Of a stretch of DNA of 64,000 bases, positions 26,557-37,297 are shown piece after piece. Made by a program: the position numbers and the translations under genes. Below the pieces are notes generated by a model, which did no database searches, had not been told where the DNA came from, and saw only the letters and a program-made list of their open reading frames with translations. Within the stretch, counting starts at the first letter, position 1; every line of letters starts with the position of its first letter. This stretch comes from Lama guanicoe (lineage: Eukaryota): the NCBI GenBank assembly GCA_013239625.1, contig MU054391.1:7287095-7351094 (forward strand), given 5' to 3'.

Positions 26557-26931
26557 TGTTAATGGGCTGAATGTGTCCCCCCAAATTCACATGTTGAAGT
26601 CCTAGTCCTCCCAGGACCTCAGAATAGGGCTGCATTTGGGGATAGTGCCTTTAAAGAGGTAATTAAAGTAAAATGAGGTTCTGTAATGGGTTTAATCCAG
26701 TAGAACCAGGGTCTTTATAAGAAGAGGAGATTAGACACAGACACAGAGACTGAGGGGTGACTGTGTAAGGAAACAGTGAGAAGTCAAGGAGAGCGGCCTC
26801 AGAAGAAACCAGACCTGCCAACACCTTGCTCTTGGACTTTAAGCCTCCAGACCTGTGACAAAATAAATTTCTATTGTTTAAGCCATTCAGTCTGTGATAA
26901 TTAGTTATGGTGGCCCGAGCAATCTAATATG
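26557..26931 (+). mobile_element. MLT1B-like MaLR LTR; 3' LTR of the composite element
   Basis: tgttaatgggctgaatgtgtccccccaaattcacatgttgaagtcc...ctttataagaagaggaga...gcctcagaagaaacca...aataaatttctattgtttaagcc...ctaata. Confidence 0.85.
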
Positions 26932-27899
26932 GCCACCAACATCAATCAAATAATTTAGTGGGATGGGGCTGTGTGTATGTGGGAGGCGCATTTTGTTGGC
27001 ATTAAGAAGATAAATCTTGGTTATTTGACTGATTTTGTTGTTTCAAAGTTGATATTGCCTAGATCCAACTTTAATTATATGTTCCTTCATCTCGGAGTTT
27101 TTTTTTTCCATGTAAAAATCACTTTCTCTCAAGTTTATTGCCTTAATAGCCTGGGGGAATATTTGCTTCTGAGGATCATATATCAAATCTGTTTTATTTG
27201 AGTCAGAATATCTTTCTTTCTTCGTAAACAAAATTATACTGTGATTTTAAGTGCAGAAACTCTTGGAAGGAAAAGTCTGCTTTGGATTCCAACAAAGTTT
27301 CCTCTCATTACATTTGATCTCTATTACAGACTTCAGGACTCCTACTTGAAGGCTTGCTTTCAGAGATTACCTGGAACCAAACTATCCCAAACTAGCTGTC
27401 CTTCACCAAGAGGAATTGCAGGACCAAGGAGCCTCCCCTTTGGAGAAATTCCTGCCCTCTCCTCTCTCTCCCCATGAACACTCTAAATAACCATACTGAC
27501 AGAGGGATCTTTTTTTCTTTCAATTCCAGGTTTGACATGCCCAGACTCCAGCATTAAGTACAAATACGTTTGAAAAAAATGACCCAAAATTCCTAATGGA
27601 CATCTCACTTTCTGGCTGTAGTTCTCAGTCCTGAAGATGAGAAATAAGTGAAAGGGTGAAAAAGAATCCTGCCAATATTTGTCCATAGACTCAAAGAGCA
27701 TCTTTGTGCAGTGATGACACTAGTTCGTGAATGGCATTTCTCATTAATTTGCTTTTCTGCTTAACCAGAAATTCTTTCTTTGTTCACTTTTTTAAAAAAT
27801 TGTAAGTATTTAAAAATCTTGCAGCCGAATTCACACAGTAATGAAACACTACATTGAACAAAACTGATTTTTGTATTTTGATAATTATCTTGACTTTAG

Positions 27900-28022
27900 A
27901 TTCCTATTTGAACAACAAAAGATTATCCAGAAAAGTGCAGATCAGAATAGCTGTACACCAAGCAAAGGAGTTCCCTTAATGTGCAGAATGATATTTGTCC
28001 GTTCATCTTTTCCATCTTCAAA
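27900..28022 (+). other. Candidate internal exon (123 bp) of an unidentified transcript
   Basis: T-rich acceptor ...ttgactttag| and donor |gtaagt in unique sequence; no homology recognised. Confidence 0.25.
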
Positions 28023-28139
28023 GTAAGTGCTCCCTCAAACTGCCCCCCTCCTCCGCCAAAAACAAATACACAAAAGCAGACCATTGCAGATCCTTGTTAA
28101 CTGGATTCCAGGAGATTCGGAACTCACAGGTGTTTTGAG

Positions 28140-28372
28140 GGCAGTTGTAGTCCGGGTTGATGGTGTACTGGGTGGGCAGCATGCAGGGAACGGAAAAGGA
28201 GCCTGAGGTCTGTCACTCAGCCATTGTGTATCCTTAGCCGAGTCCTTCAAACTCTGAGCCTTGATGGGGAAATAATATCTGCCTCACAAATTTTCATGTG
28301 CATCAAATGAGATAATAGATGTGAATCTGCTCTTTAAACCGTAACGGGGCTGTGCAGATGTGAGTCATTATT
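28140..28372 (+). mobile_element. MIR SINE
   Basis: tctgtcactcagccattgtgtatcctt...ctctgagcc...atcaaatgagataatagatgtgaa. Confidence 0.7.
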
Positions 28373-29329
28373 TTCAAACAGCATCTGCAACCTAGTTTTG
28401 ATTGTGGTTTACTTTTGGAGAGAAGAGAATATAAATGCCTCTTGGCTCCTCGGGAACAAACAGAATCCAGTAACTTTAACTACCAATGATCACATTAGAG
28501 GCAAATATCCTGCTGCAAAAGTAGCCTGACTCCAAGGGCTAGTCTTATTTTCTAAAGTCTTATTTGCTGATTAATTATAAGTAGCATTTCCATCAGCATC
28601 CTACATTTTGAAAATGCATTTAAATAAAAAGCATACTCTTTTATAGAGCACCACCTCCAGATTCTCCCACTTTGTTCAACTTACAGAAGGAAAATATTTC
28701 TTGGAATTTTTCCGTCTTCAAATATTTCCATCATTGGTAAGGAACTTGCTTTTGTCACTTGTGTATTTTTTCTTGAACAGTTTTTTTTTTTGATAATTCT
28801 TCTGTTATGTATTTTCTCTTTAGGTGGTTTTATAGAAGGAGCTATTTTTTATTGCCAATTACCATACGGAAGAGATTAATTATCTTAAAAAAAACTCCAG
28901 AAAATTAACCTCTGGTTCACGATATTGCACATCAGATAGAATTCTTCAGGGTGACCTCATTTTTTTCCCACCCCAAACTGTCCATTTAACCATCTTATCA
29001 GGCAGTCATGGTACTGGTTTTCTGGTTCAGGGAGTTTTCAGATAGAATTCAGGGAAAGGGATTCCACGAGACTCCTCCAAGCTTGCCCACCACATTGACT
29101 TCTGCTTTTTGTGCATAGTTTAATTCAGACACCTTTTATCTGTCACCTTGTCAATATCTCTCTCTTTACTTTTTATATCTGACATTAGATTATTTGCAAA
29201 TCTTTGCCCTCACGTCACTTTGCTACCATCTTGAAGTAGTATTCTGCAATTAATAGCACCTTTTTTCCGCTTGGCCTTGGGGTCTAGGTGAACCTTGATT
29301 CAGCAATCCTTCCCACTGAGTCGTCCCCC

Positions 29330-29720
29330 GAGGATGGTGCTGGAGGAAGGAAACGGGGTGGGGTTTCAGGAGACCTGGGTTCCGGTTCTGCCATTAGTTA
29401 ACTCCAGCACGTTGCCAATGTCTCTGGTCCTTTCTGAGCCTCTGTTGATTCATCTGAAAAACAAACTGGATGAGCTATCCACCAAGATTCTTTTCCAAGT
29501 TTAGATTTTTCCTAGTTATCAAATATGTAGTACATGGAAAGAGTAAGGGCTTCAAGGCCTAGCAGACCTGGGCTCTGTACGCTGTTGGGAGAAGGTACTA
29601 AAATCCTTTAAGCTTCATTATTCTTTATCTATAAAAGAGGGGTGCTCAGATTCCCCTCAAAATTATAAGTATTAAATGGGCTTATGTGTATAAAAGGCTG
29701 TGATATAGAAAAGAGATAAT
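29330..29720 (+). mobile_element. Two adjacent MIR/MIR3 fragments
   Basis: tcaggagacctgggttccggttctgcca...ttcatctgaaaa; agcagacctgggctc...tttatctataaaa. Confidence 0.65.
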
Positions 29721-30419
29721 ATTGTTTCCCATCTCCTCCTCTCTTCCCTCCTCCACCCGCCCCCCCCCCAAAACCATTTAGAAATGGAATAAGAAGCTTT
29801 AGGCATATTTTGCAGTGGAGAAGGAAGTCTCAGATGGCTTGGCCCATTTTACCTCGCAAACTCTTGGAGGGTGAAGGGCTGGAATGCAGCATGCCAAGAT
29901 TTCTAGTTCACTTTTAGCTCCGAGTCTCACTGGCACTTTAGAGGACTTCTCATGGAATCATTCAAATCTTCTTTATTAATCTTTTCAGAGAAAATTGGGG
30001 ATGAATTATCTAACAAAGGACACAGGGAACATTTATGAGACAGACAGTGGGCGATGCAGTAAATATAGACAGTAAGGTGCTGTAATTTCTAGGACATTTT
30101 GCTGATCTATACAATGAAGGAGACAGAATATTAGAAATTGGGAGCCTTCCAGGGATGCAGGGACGCAGCCACCACACCTCGGTGGCTTTCTTCCCTACGA
30201 CAGAAATAACGTTGACATTGATTAGATTCCAGTGTAACAGGGAAAGGTCAGAAATGACAGCTGCTTTTGGAATGCTGGCCTCACCAAAATTCCAACTTTT
30301 ACTTTCTCCCAAATTTCCTGATCATATAGTGCAGAATCTCAATACTCTGTTCTGTATTCTTCAGCAAGGAAGGGTCTGACACTGTAATAGTTCAGTGGTG
30401 GTGGCTGGAGTGAGAGTTC

Positions 30420-30735
30420 GGAGGAATGAAACGAAATGTAATAGTGGGAAATTTCTATATTTGAGGAAAGTGAAAAATTAGTCCGTTGTACCAATGCAAC
30501 TTGGCAGGCGTGGGGCTTAGCAAAGAGTAGTTATTGCAATAAATGTTTCAGTGGTTTGAGGTGACTATGCCCTCCCTAGAAACCAGTCATGAGACATGGC
30601 TACCAAAAAAGTAAATCTAAAAGTAAAATGCACTCTTAGAAGAATTACGACTTTTTAAGAGAGATGCTGTTTTCCTTGTGACTTGCACGGCCAAAGCTCT
30701 GACTGGAGTATAGTGTTCAGTTGTGGGGCTATAGA
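30420..30735 (+). mobile_element. L3/CR1 LINE fragment (RT-coding region, decayed)
   Basis: catgagacatggctaccaaaaaag...ctggagtatagtgttcagttgtggg resembles CR1 ORF2. Confidence 0.6.
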
Positions 30736-30944
30736 GGAATAGGAAATGTGCTACATTAACCCAGACAGATCATCACTGGGGGTTTACCCACGCCGGTCGC
30801 TTGGGCGTGGGTTTCCCTGTTGCTGCTCGAGCAAGTGCTGCTCCTCCCTCGAGACCCTCAAGGACATCTCTACACTTTGTACGTTGTGTTAGAGCACATA
30901 CTGCATGTTGACCCATAACAGTCATTTACAGAGGCTGTTTTTTG

Positions 30945-31234
30945 TATATATATTTTTATTGAAATATAGTCCGTTTACAATGTTGTGTCAATTTCCGTGC
31001 TTCAGTCATATGTGAACATACATATATTCACTTTCATATTCTTTTTCACCGTAAGTTACTATAAGATATTGAATATAGTTCCCTGTGCTCTACAGTAGAA
31101 ACTTATTGGTTATCTATTTTATATATATTAGTTAGTATCTGCAAATCTTGAACTCCCAGTTTAACCCTTCCCACCCCCTTACCCTCTGGTAACTATAAGT
31201 TTGTTTTCTATGTCTGTGAGTCTGTTTCTGTTTT
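30945..31234 (-). mobile_element. Young L1 3'UTR fragment (cetartiodactyl/camelid type)
   Basis: ttttattgaaatatagt...ttgaatatagttccctgtgct...tatgtctgtgagtctgtttctg; approximate TSD ggctgttttt (30933) / ggatgttttt (31235). Confidence 0.85.
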
Positions 31235-31244
31235 GGATGTTTTT

Positions 31245-31490
31245 GAAAGTCATGGATTCTTTGGGAGCACAGACTGTTTCTTACTTAACTTTGGATCCCT
31301 TTTGCTTATACAAGAATGTTATTAGCCCTCTATGCCTGTTTGTTGAGTAAATGAATACATTAGAAGTTTTCGAAAACCATTTAATTATTCATCTATCTGT
31401 TTGACAAATATTTATTGAGCTTCTGCTGTATTCAAGATGCCATTATGTGACTGTACCAAGCGGATCTCCAGGTGTTCTCAGTCTAGCCGA
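31245..31490. mobile_element. Two L2 3' ends arranged tail-to-tail
   Basis: + tail tgtttgttgagtaaatgaat, then - tail ttgacaaatatttattgagcttctgctgt. Confidence 0.7.
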
Positions 31491-34132
31491 GGTCTCTCAT
31501 AGGAAGAGTGACTAGAGGAACTGGGGGGTACTTAACTAGGGTGCGCAGGTTGTAGGAAGAGCTTGGCAGTGTTTTCCAATGTTTCAAGAGCTGGTTTAGA
31601 GAGTTTATCCAGCCTGTGCAACTTCAGAGCGTAAACATTGGTGGGAGTCTTTGGGAAGAAGTTTTCTAATGATAAGAACAGCCTCAGGGATGGGATGGTT
31701 TGCCCTGAAAAGTGGCAAACCATGCCAGAGTGGCAGTGTTGGTGGCTAATGCCCGTGATGTCCAGCTGACCAGCGGGAAAAACCAGGAAAGAGGGTGGCG
31801 GGCCATGCTCTGAGATCTTCTTTGGTCTTAAAAAGTTGTCCCTGAAAAAGTGGTTTTACAGAATGGATATTTGGTCCCAGGCTCTTACCTTTTTCTTAGA
31901 AAAATAAAACCTAAAGACAAAAAGGGAACATAAGGTTTGTGTTTCAAGAAAGACTTCTAGGGGCTGCCCTAGTGAGATCCAAGAAAGTAAAGTGTTCAGT
32001 CATCTGCTTGGGATACAGTCACAGACTCACATCATTTATTTTTGCTTCTCTGAAGATGTAAATCTAATGGGTGTGAAACTTCATACATGGACACGGCATC
32101 CTAAATAGGACACGCTCCAGCCATTACTTGGAGTCTTGACACAATGGAGCTTGCTTTTAGCAAAGAATATAATTTTAGAGTGAATTTTCATAAAATATAG
32201 CTGTTAATCTCTGGAGGGAGAAGATGTAATCAAGGTATCCCATAGCTTAAATGTTTCTCAGAACAAGTAAGTATTTATTCCTTCACTCATTCAAAAATAG
32301 GAATTTTAGGCATTAGTAACATATATCTATATCTGTACACACACACATCTATATATACATACACACATATACTAGGTTATATATATTATATCTCTATATG
32401 TCAAATGTATATGTCTTGTATGTCTAATATATTTAACAAATATCTAGTTGATGTATTCAGCTATAGACAGATAATCATCATCCTGACTACCACCGAGAAC
32501 CTTGTATATGAGGTACTCATCTCTCTGTTCTCACAGTCTCACCATAAGATAAAGAAACCCTCAGTGTTATTCGGGGTTTGCAGGAACTGGTAGCATTGGA
32601 TTTGGACCTAGGTAGATCTGGTTCCAAAGCCTGCGCTCTTCTCACTTCACCACATTATATTCCATAAGGATGCAGGGTAGGGAAAAGGAATTCATAGGCA
32701 TTTCTTCTCTCAGTGGTTGCATTCTAACTGCCCAGTGCAGTACAGAGGTCCTGCTGTCGGGGAGGGGAGGCCAAGATGGCAGCCCCCACTGGACCAGCTT
32801 GCTGTGTGAACTTGAGGGAGCTCATCACCTCTCTGGGTTTTGATAAAATGATCCTCTGGGACTTTTCCAGCTCTCACAATACCAGGCTTTTTGTTTTATT
32901 CCAAAATGTCTCCTCTACTGACAGGTGAGCCACTGATTGAGTCAAATAATGCACTCATTTGTATATTCACAAAGATAAATGCAATTTGTTGCTCACACAT
33001 GCAAGCTGAATTTCTGAAATAACCAAGTAAGACAGCTTTGATGGCTATTAAACTGGTACCTGAAGAATTATAAAGAGTTTTACATTTGCTGGAAGGTAGA
33101 AGGGTCATTATTTATTCTCTCTCACCAACCAGATCTATGAATTCTTTTTACTCCCTAGGTTGGTTTCCTGGCATTTCTTAACACCTGGAAAACACATAAA
33201 ACATGTCATATTTGAGAAATTTAGTGGGCATGTTTCAAAAGTTGGGTGGAAACAATTTAGAAAAAGATACCTTTGTTTATTTGGAAAAATAAGTGGAGCT
33301 TGGAAAAGTGTAAGTTATTTTGAATTTAAGGGTTTGAATGACATTCCTGTGCCAGAAACAAACGATTCTTTTCTATTTAAAATAATTTTTTTTGGCAAAG
33401 GTTAGGATTTCGACCATATGAACTTTGAATACAAAAGTAATCTCTTATTTTTACCCTAGTTCAAATTATTGGCTATGATAGGCCCAGCAAAGATGGAATT
33501 GATAAAAATAGCAAATTGCTATTGTTTTTATATCTCAGAAAAACAGCATCTACGACTTCTGACAACTGTTTCCTAGAAGGGATTGGAACGTCCGAGTGCA
33601 GCCTTGCAAACAGCTGTACAGACACCTTGAGGATAACCAGTGACTACGTACAGACTTTGCGATAGGAGTCTGTTTGATTTCTGTGGCACCCCATAGACTC
33701 CTGCAGACTCTTAATAGCAATTATTAAGAACGCTCACAGCCACCATCTTCTTTTCATTATGAAAGTAGCACCTATTTATTACATCAAATTTGGAAAATAC
33801 ATTTAGCATGATGACCATGATAAGACTGACTAGCAGAGCCTTTGAGAAAAACATCCGTGTCAGACTCCTTAGGGTTGTCTTTTGAAGGCTTTGAGATGAG
33901 ACTGAACTCTGGTGGACAGAGGGGGGTTTGCCACTGAGTGAATGTCCCAGTCTTCCATTATCCCCAGAAGATGTAAATCTTGGAGCAAGAAAGGAAGACT
34001 CAGGAGATAAGCCTTACTCATGTTTTATAAGTGGTAGTAATAGATATGGTGGTAATACTAGTAATGGTAATGATATTGACAATAATAATGATATACTGGC
34101 ATAGCGCCCATTACATCCCAGATACTGTTCTG

Positions 34133-34497
34133 TTTGTTCTTTTGTTTTTTAATTGCAGTATAGTTGATTGACAATGTTGTGTTAGTTTCTGGTGTACAGC
34201 ATGGTGATTCAGTTATATATATACACACACACACATTTTTTTATTATAGGTATTACAAGCTATTGACTATAGTTCCCTGTGCTATACAGTAGGACCTCGT
34301 TTATCTATTTATATATCGTAGTTAGTATCTGTTAATCTCAAACTCCTAATTTATCCCTCCTCCCCCTTTCCCCTTGACAGAGAAAGACAAATGTCACATG
34401 GTATCACTTATATGTGGAATCTAAAAAAATGACACAAGTGAACTTACTTCCAGAAAAGGAACAGACTCACAGACATAGAAAACAAACTTACGGGTTT
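34133..34497 (-). mobile_element. Young L1 3' fragment with 5' inversion, inserted in a MIR
   Basis: Minus-strand tail segment ~34133-34375 joined to plus-strand segment ~34376-34497; TSD cagatactgttctg (34119) / caggtacttttctg (34498). Confidence 0.85.
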
Positions 34498-34511
34498 CAG
34501 GTACTTTTCTG

Positions 34512-34680
34512 AATACTAGATGTGAACTCATTTTGTTCTTATAATAACGTTATGAGCTAGGGACTGATATTTTCACAGTTTTGCAGTTTAGGAAATTAAA
34601 GCCCAGAGAGGGTAAGCAATTAGCTGAGGGTCCCACAACTGGTAGGTGTTGGAGCTGAGATTTGAGTGCAGGTGCTGTAG
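34512..34680 (-). mobile_element. MIR SINE (remainder; other part at ~34090-34130)
   Basis: ttttgcagtttaggaaattaaagcccagagagggtaagcaattagctgaggg. Confidence 0.8.
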
Positions 34681-35157
34681 AGGCGCCGTGGAGAGCAGAG
34701 GACGGGCTATTGCCTCAGGGAGTGTGTAGGCAGAACTGGGAAAGCTGAGTGATGTCCTTCCCCTTGAGTAGAGGAGGTGGCAGGAGCAGTTCCAGATAGA
34801 AGAGGCCACCTGCACCCAGGAAGGTGGGGTTATCACAGAGCGAGCTACTACAGGGGGCACACACCAACAAAGGTGCGGGAGAAGAAACAGAGGAGTTTAT
34901 CATAGGGTACAGTCAGGGTGGCCCCTGGAAGCAAGTGGGGACCACTTCAGGGAGACTAAATTCTCACTCACCTGTTGGGGCCGGGGCCTCATGGAGTGGG
35001 TAATACATATAAATGTATAAGACAAAATTAAAAAAAAATCACTCTTGTTGTCACCACTGAAAGGTGACTACTTTGAACATTTTGGTACTTGTACATGTTT
35101 GTGTGAATATGGACATAAAAATGTGTTTTTCCTTAATTTTATATTATAAAAACTTTC

Positions 35158-35809
35158 TGGACATATGCCCAGGAGTGGGATTGCTGGATCATATGGTAAC
35201 TCTATTTTTAGTTCTTTAAGGAATCTCCATACTGTTTTCCATAGTGGCTGCACCAAAATGTATTCCCACCAACAGTGTAGGAGGGTTCCGTTTTCTCCAC
35301 ACCCTCTCCAGCATTTATCCTTTGTGGACATTTGAATGATTGGATAAATAAGTAGTATTTCACACAATGGAATACTACTCAGCCGTAAAAAGAATGAAAT
35401 AATGCCATTTGCAGCAACATGGATGGACCTGGAGATAATCAAACTAAGTGAAGCAAGTCAGAAAGAGAAAGATAAATATCATATGATATCATTTACATGT
35501 GGAATCTAGGATATGATACAAATAAACCTACTTACAAAACAGAAACAGACATAGGAAAGAAATGGTTACCAAAGGGGAAAGGTGGGGGAGGGATAAAGTA
35601 GGAGTTCGGGATTAGCATGTAAAGACTACTGTACACCGAATAGATAAACAAGGTGCTATTGTATAGCACAGAGAACTATATGCAATAGCTTGTAATAACC
35701 TATAATGAGAAAGAATATATATATGTGTGTGTAACTGAATCACTATGCTGTCCACCAGAAACTAGCACAACATTATAAATCAACTATACTTCAATAAAAC
35801 AAATCAACA
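35158..35809 (+). mobile_element. Young L1 3' fragment with 5' inversion (ORF2 C-terminal piece inverted)
   Basis: The minus segment encodes [18 protein letters not shown]...[16 protein letters not shown] (L1 ORF2 Cys-rich C-terminus); the plus segment runs through the 3'UTR to the A-tail; TSD aaaaactttc at 35148 and 35810. Confidence 0.9.
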
Positions 35810-35819
35810 AAAAACTTTC

Positions 35820-36010
35820 AAACATACATAAAAGTTGAAAGAATTGTATGGTGAACACCCATATAGTTGCCATTGAGATTCTATCATTGTTTTCCTATAT
35901 TTGCTTTAGCACATCGCTGTCTGTCTGTCCCTCTGTTGATCAGTCTGTCTGTTTTCTTATACATTTCCTAGTTAGTTACAGACACTGGTGCATTTCATCC
36001 CAAACACTTG
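35820..36010 (-). mobile_element. Older L1 (L1MB/MC-like) 3' end, host of the insertion above
   Basis: tttcaaacatacataaaagttgaaagaattgtatggtgaacacccatata continues from ttttatattataaaaa at ~35140. Confidence 0.65.
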
Positions 36011-37116
36011 AGATCTGCAGATACTCACAACACAAGACACACACACACGCACAAGTATGCATGATGCTTTTTCATGGGATATGATATTCTAAGCCCTTTT
36101 CCCTCCCCCTGAAATTTTTTATGAATATGGCTTTTAGGCGTTATGGAGTATTTAATTGGTGGGCTCTATCACAAATTACTTCAGCAACCTGAAGAAAACT
36201 TCCCAAGCTGCCTCCACTACCCTCACCTGTCCCAGGCCAGCTGTGTCCATCCTTTTTCCTGCCCTCCTTTTACTGAGGAAGAGCTGCCTGGAATAGTATC
36301 TGTACCAAGTAGCTGCACAATAAATATTTATTGGTTATTCATTTTGGGAACATTCACTGATTCCAGTTGTGTCATCATCTATGCAGACACTGTAAGAAAC
36401 ATATTTATTTGCATTTACAAATTGTTTCCTAAGAATGGACTATAAGAAGTGCAATTATTAAATCAAAAATGATGAGTGTTTTAAAGACCTTTGCTGTATT
36501 TTGCCAAACTGTTTTCTAGAACACCATTGGGAGAGTACTGCTTCTCCATCTTTCTGCAGGGATTGTTTTCGTTTTTTTGTTTTTTTGCAGGGTTGGTTTT
36601 TACAAGTTTTGTAGCCCTTGTTAATGTAGTCAAGATGCTATATAAGGACTTGACTGAAAACAAAAGATGATTGTAGACTGTGAGTTGGGACTAAATGCAG
36701 ATGTTTTACTGGATTTTAAAATCCAACTTATTGGATCTTTTGAGTGATTTCTCTCACCTCCATCACAAACCAGTTTCAAAAATAGACACTACTTCTCCCA
36801 CTAGTGGATTCTTGGTCTGAGCTAACATGAACTTGCCTGAGCAAAGATGTAAGGCGTCTGACCTGGAATCCAATGACTGATCTGATGTCTTTGTCTGTAT
36901 TCTCTGCTTTGCTCGGTCGAGAATGCCAGTCATTCCATCTCAGCAACGAGTTAACACTTGCCCACGAGACTCCGTCTGATGAGAGACAGCAGAGAGTAGT
37001 GCAGTTTGGTGGTAGTGGCTGGGATGAATAGCACTTGTGATATGACTCTAAGAAACATGCTCACCGCCTTAGCATACAAATGAACTTTAATCTCCCTGAA
37101 GTTCAGAACACTTCTT

Positions 37117-37297
37117 TTTTTTTTTTAACTGAAGTATAGTTGATTTACAATGTTGTGTTAATTTCTGGTGTATAGCATAGTGATTCAGTTATATACATAT
37201 ATATGTATTTTTTTCCTTTTTCTTATTCTTTTCCATTATAGGCCATTACAATGTATTGACTATAGTTCCTGTGCTATAGAGTGGGACCTTGTGGTTT
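37117..37297 (-). mobile_element. Short young L1 3' fragment
   Basis: poly(T), then aactgaagtatagttgatttacaatgttgtg...; perfect 12-bp TSD agaacacttctt at 37105 and 37298. Confidence 0.9.

Noticed and set aside
35068..35442. ORF with a recognisable protein motif (CWRGCGE...HCWWE)
   Set aside because: L1 ORF2 C-terminal fragment fused to antisense L1 by the inversion; not a host gene.
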